This document shows positions 63,959 to 64,000 of a stretch of 64,000 bases of DNA, in pieces. Both the position numbers and the translations under genes were made by a program. A model generated the notes under the pieces. That model saw only the letters and a program-made list of their open reading frames with translations, did no database searches and was not told the DNA's origin. This stretch comes from an uncultured Bacilli bacterium (GTDB taxonomy: Bacteria > Bacillota_I > Bacilli_A > RF39 > UBA660): contig CAKONZ010000006.1 in assembly GCA_934098525.1 (NCBI GenBank), positions 23,504 through 87,503 on the forward strand. Reading direction: 5' to 3'. The first letter of the stretch is position 1; each line of letters starts with the position of its first letter.

Positions 63959-64000
63959 ATGTATCAAAATTTAATTAAAAGTTATATAAATAACTTAAGT
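63959..64000 (+). CDS. 5' end of an unidentified CDS running off the window
   Basis: ATG 63959 lies behind TAAGGAAG. Only 14 codons (MYQNLIKSYINNLS) are visible. Confidence 0.3.
   Translation, partial: MYQNLIKSYINNLS

Overview
Very AT-rich (roughly a quarter G+C by eye, not computed) chromosomal segment of a low-GC, endospore-forming Bacillota. The sporulation evidence is SspI, YqfC/YqfD and SpoVID/YsxE-like genes, plus a Bacillus-like order rpsU-yqeY...yqfC-yqfD-ybeY-dgkA-cdd-era-yqzL-recO. There are about 60 genes and all but six lie on the minus strand, so the window is probably co-oriented with replication. The housekeeping backbone is: ppdK, queH, murF-murE, a Xer recombinase, tdk, pheST behind a Phe T-box, rluA-like, rpmF, recO/era/cdd/dgkA/ybeY, rpsU, a NifS-like desulfurase, murC, serS, typA, efp, rpmG, a class B PBP and one tRNA-Lys(CUU). 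Several accessory, mostly cell-surface modules are interleaved.

1) A four-member family of mosaic leucine-rich-repeat (LRR) proteins, three in tandem at 21.2-28.3 kb and one at 58.5-61.0 kb. Each has its own conserved promoter. Their N-termini resemble the SipW-class/TasA-type signal region.

2) An adjacent gene pair that looks like a minimal cohesin-dockerin display system: an NPKTG sortase-anchored cohesin-like protein next to an LRR protein ending in a clear dockerin.

3) A 50-aa, 28%-Cys metallothionein-like ORF that is absent from the ORF track. It sits directly behind a CsoR-family repressor gene interrupted by a 1-nt frameshift.

4) A degenerate ClpX-like AAA+ protein with its Walker B, pore loop and Arg residues replaced.

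5) A lone AAA+/DUF4143-type gene whose promoter is bracketed by two copies of a 40-bp palindromic element.

6) An XRE/Bro-N(DinD-like) two-gene cassette.

7) Several repeat-containing surface or membrane proteins, with ATDAN and VNP tandem repeats.

No rRNA, CRISPR array, transposase, phage structural gene or recognisable known defence system was seen. All calls rest on motif recognition by eye. Small-motif coordinates were hand-counted (about +/-2 nt), and no database search or structure prediction could be run.
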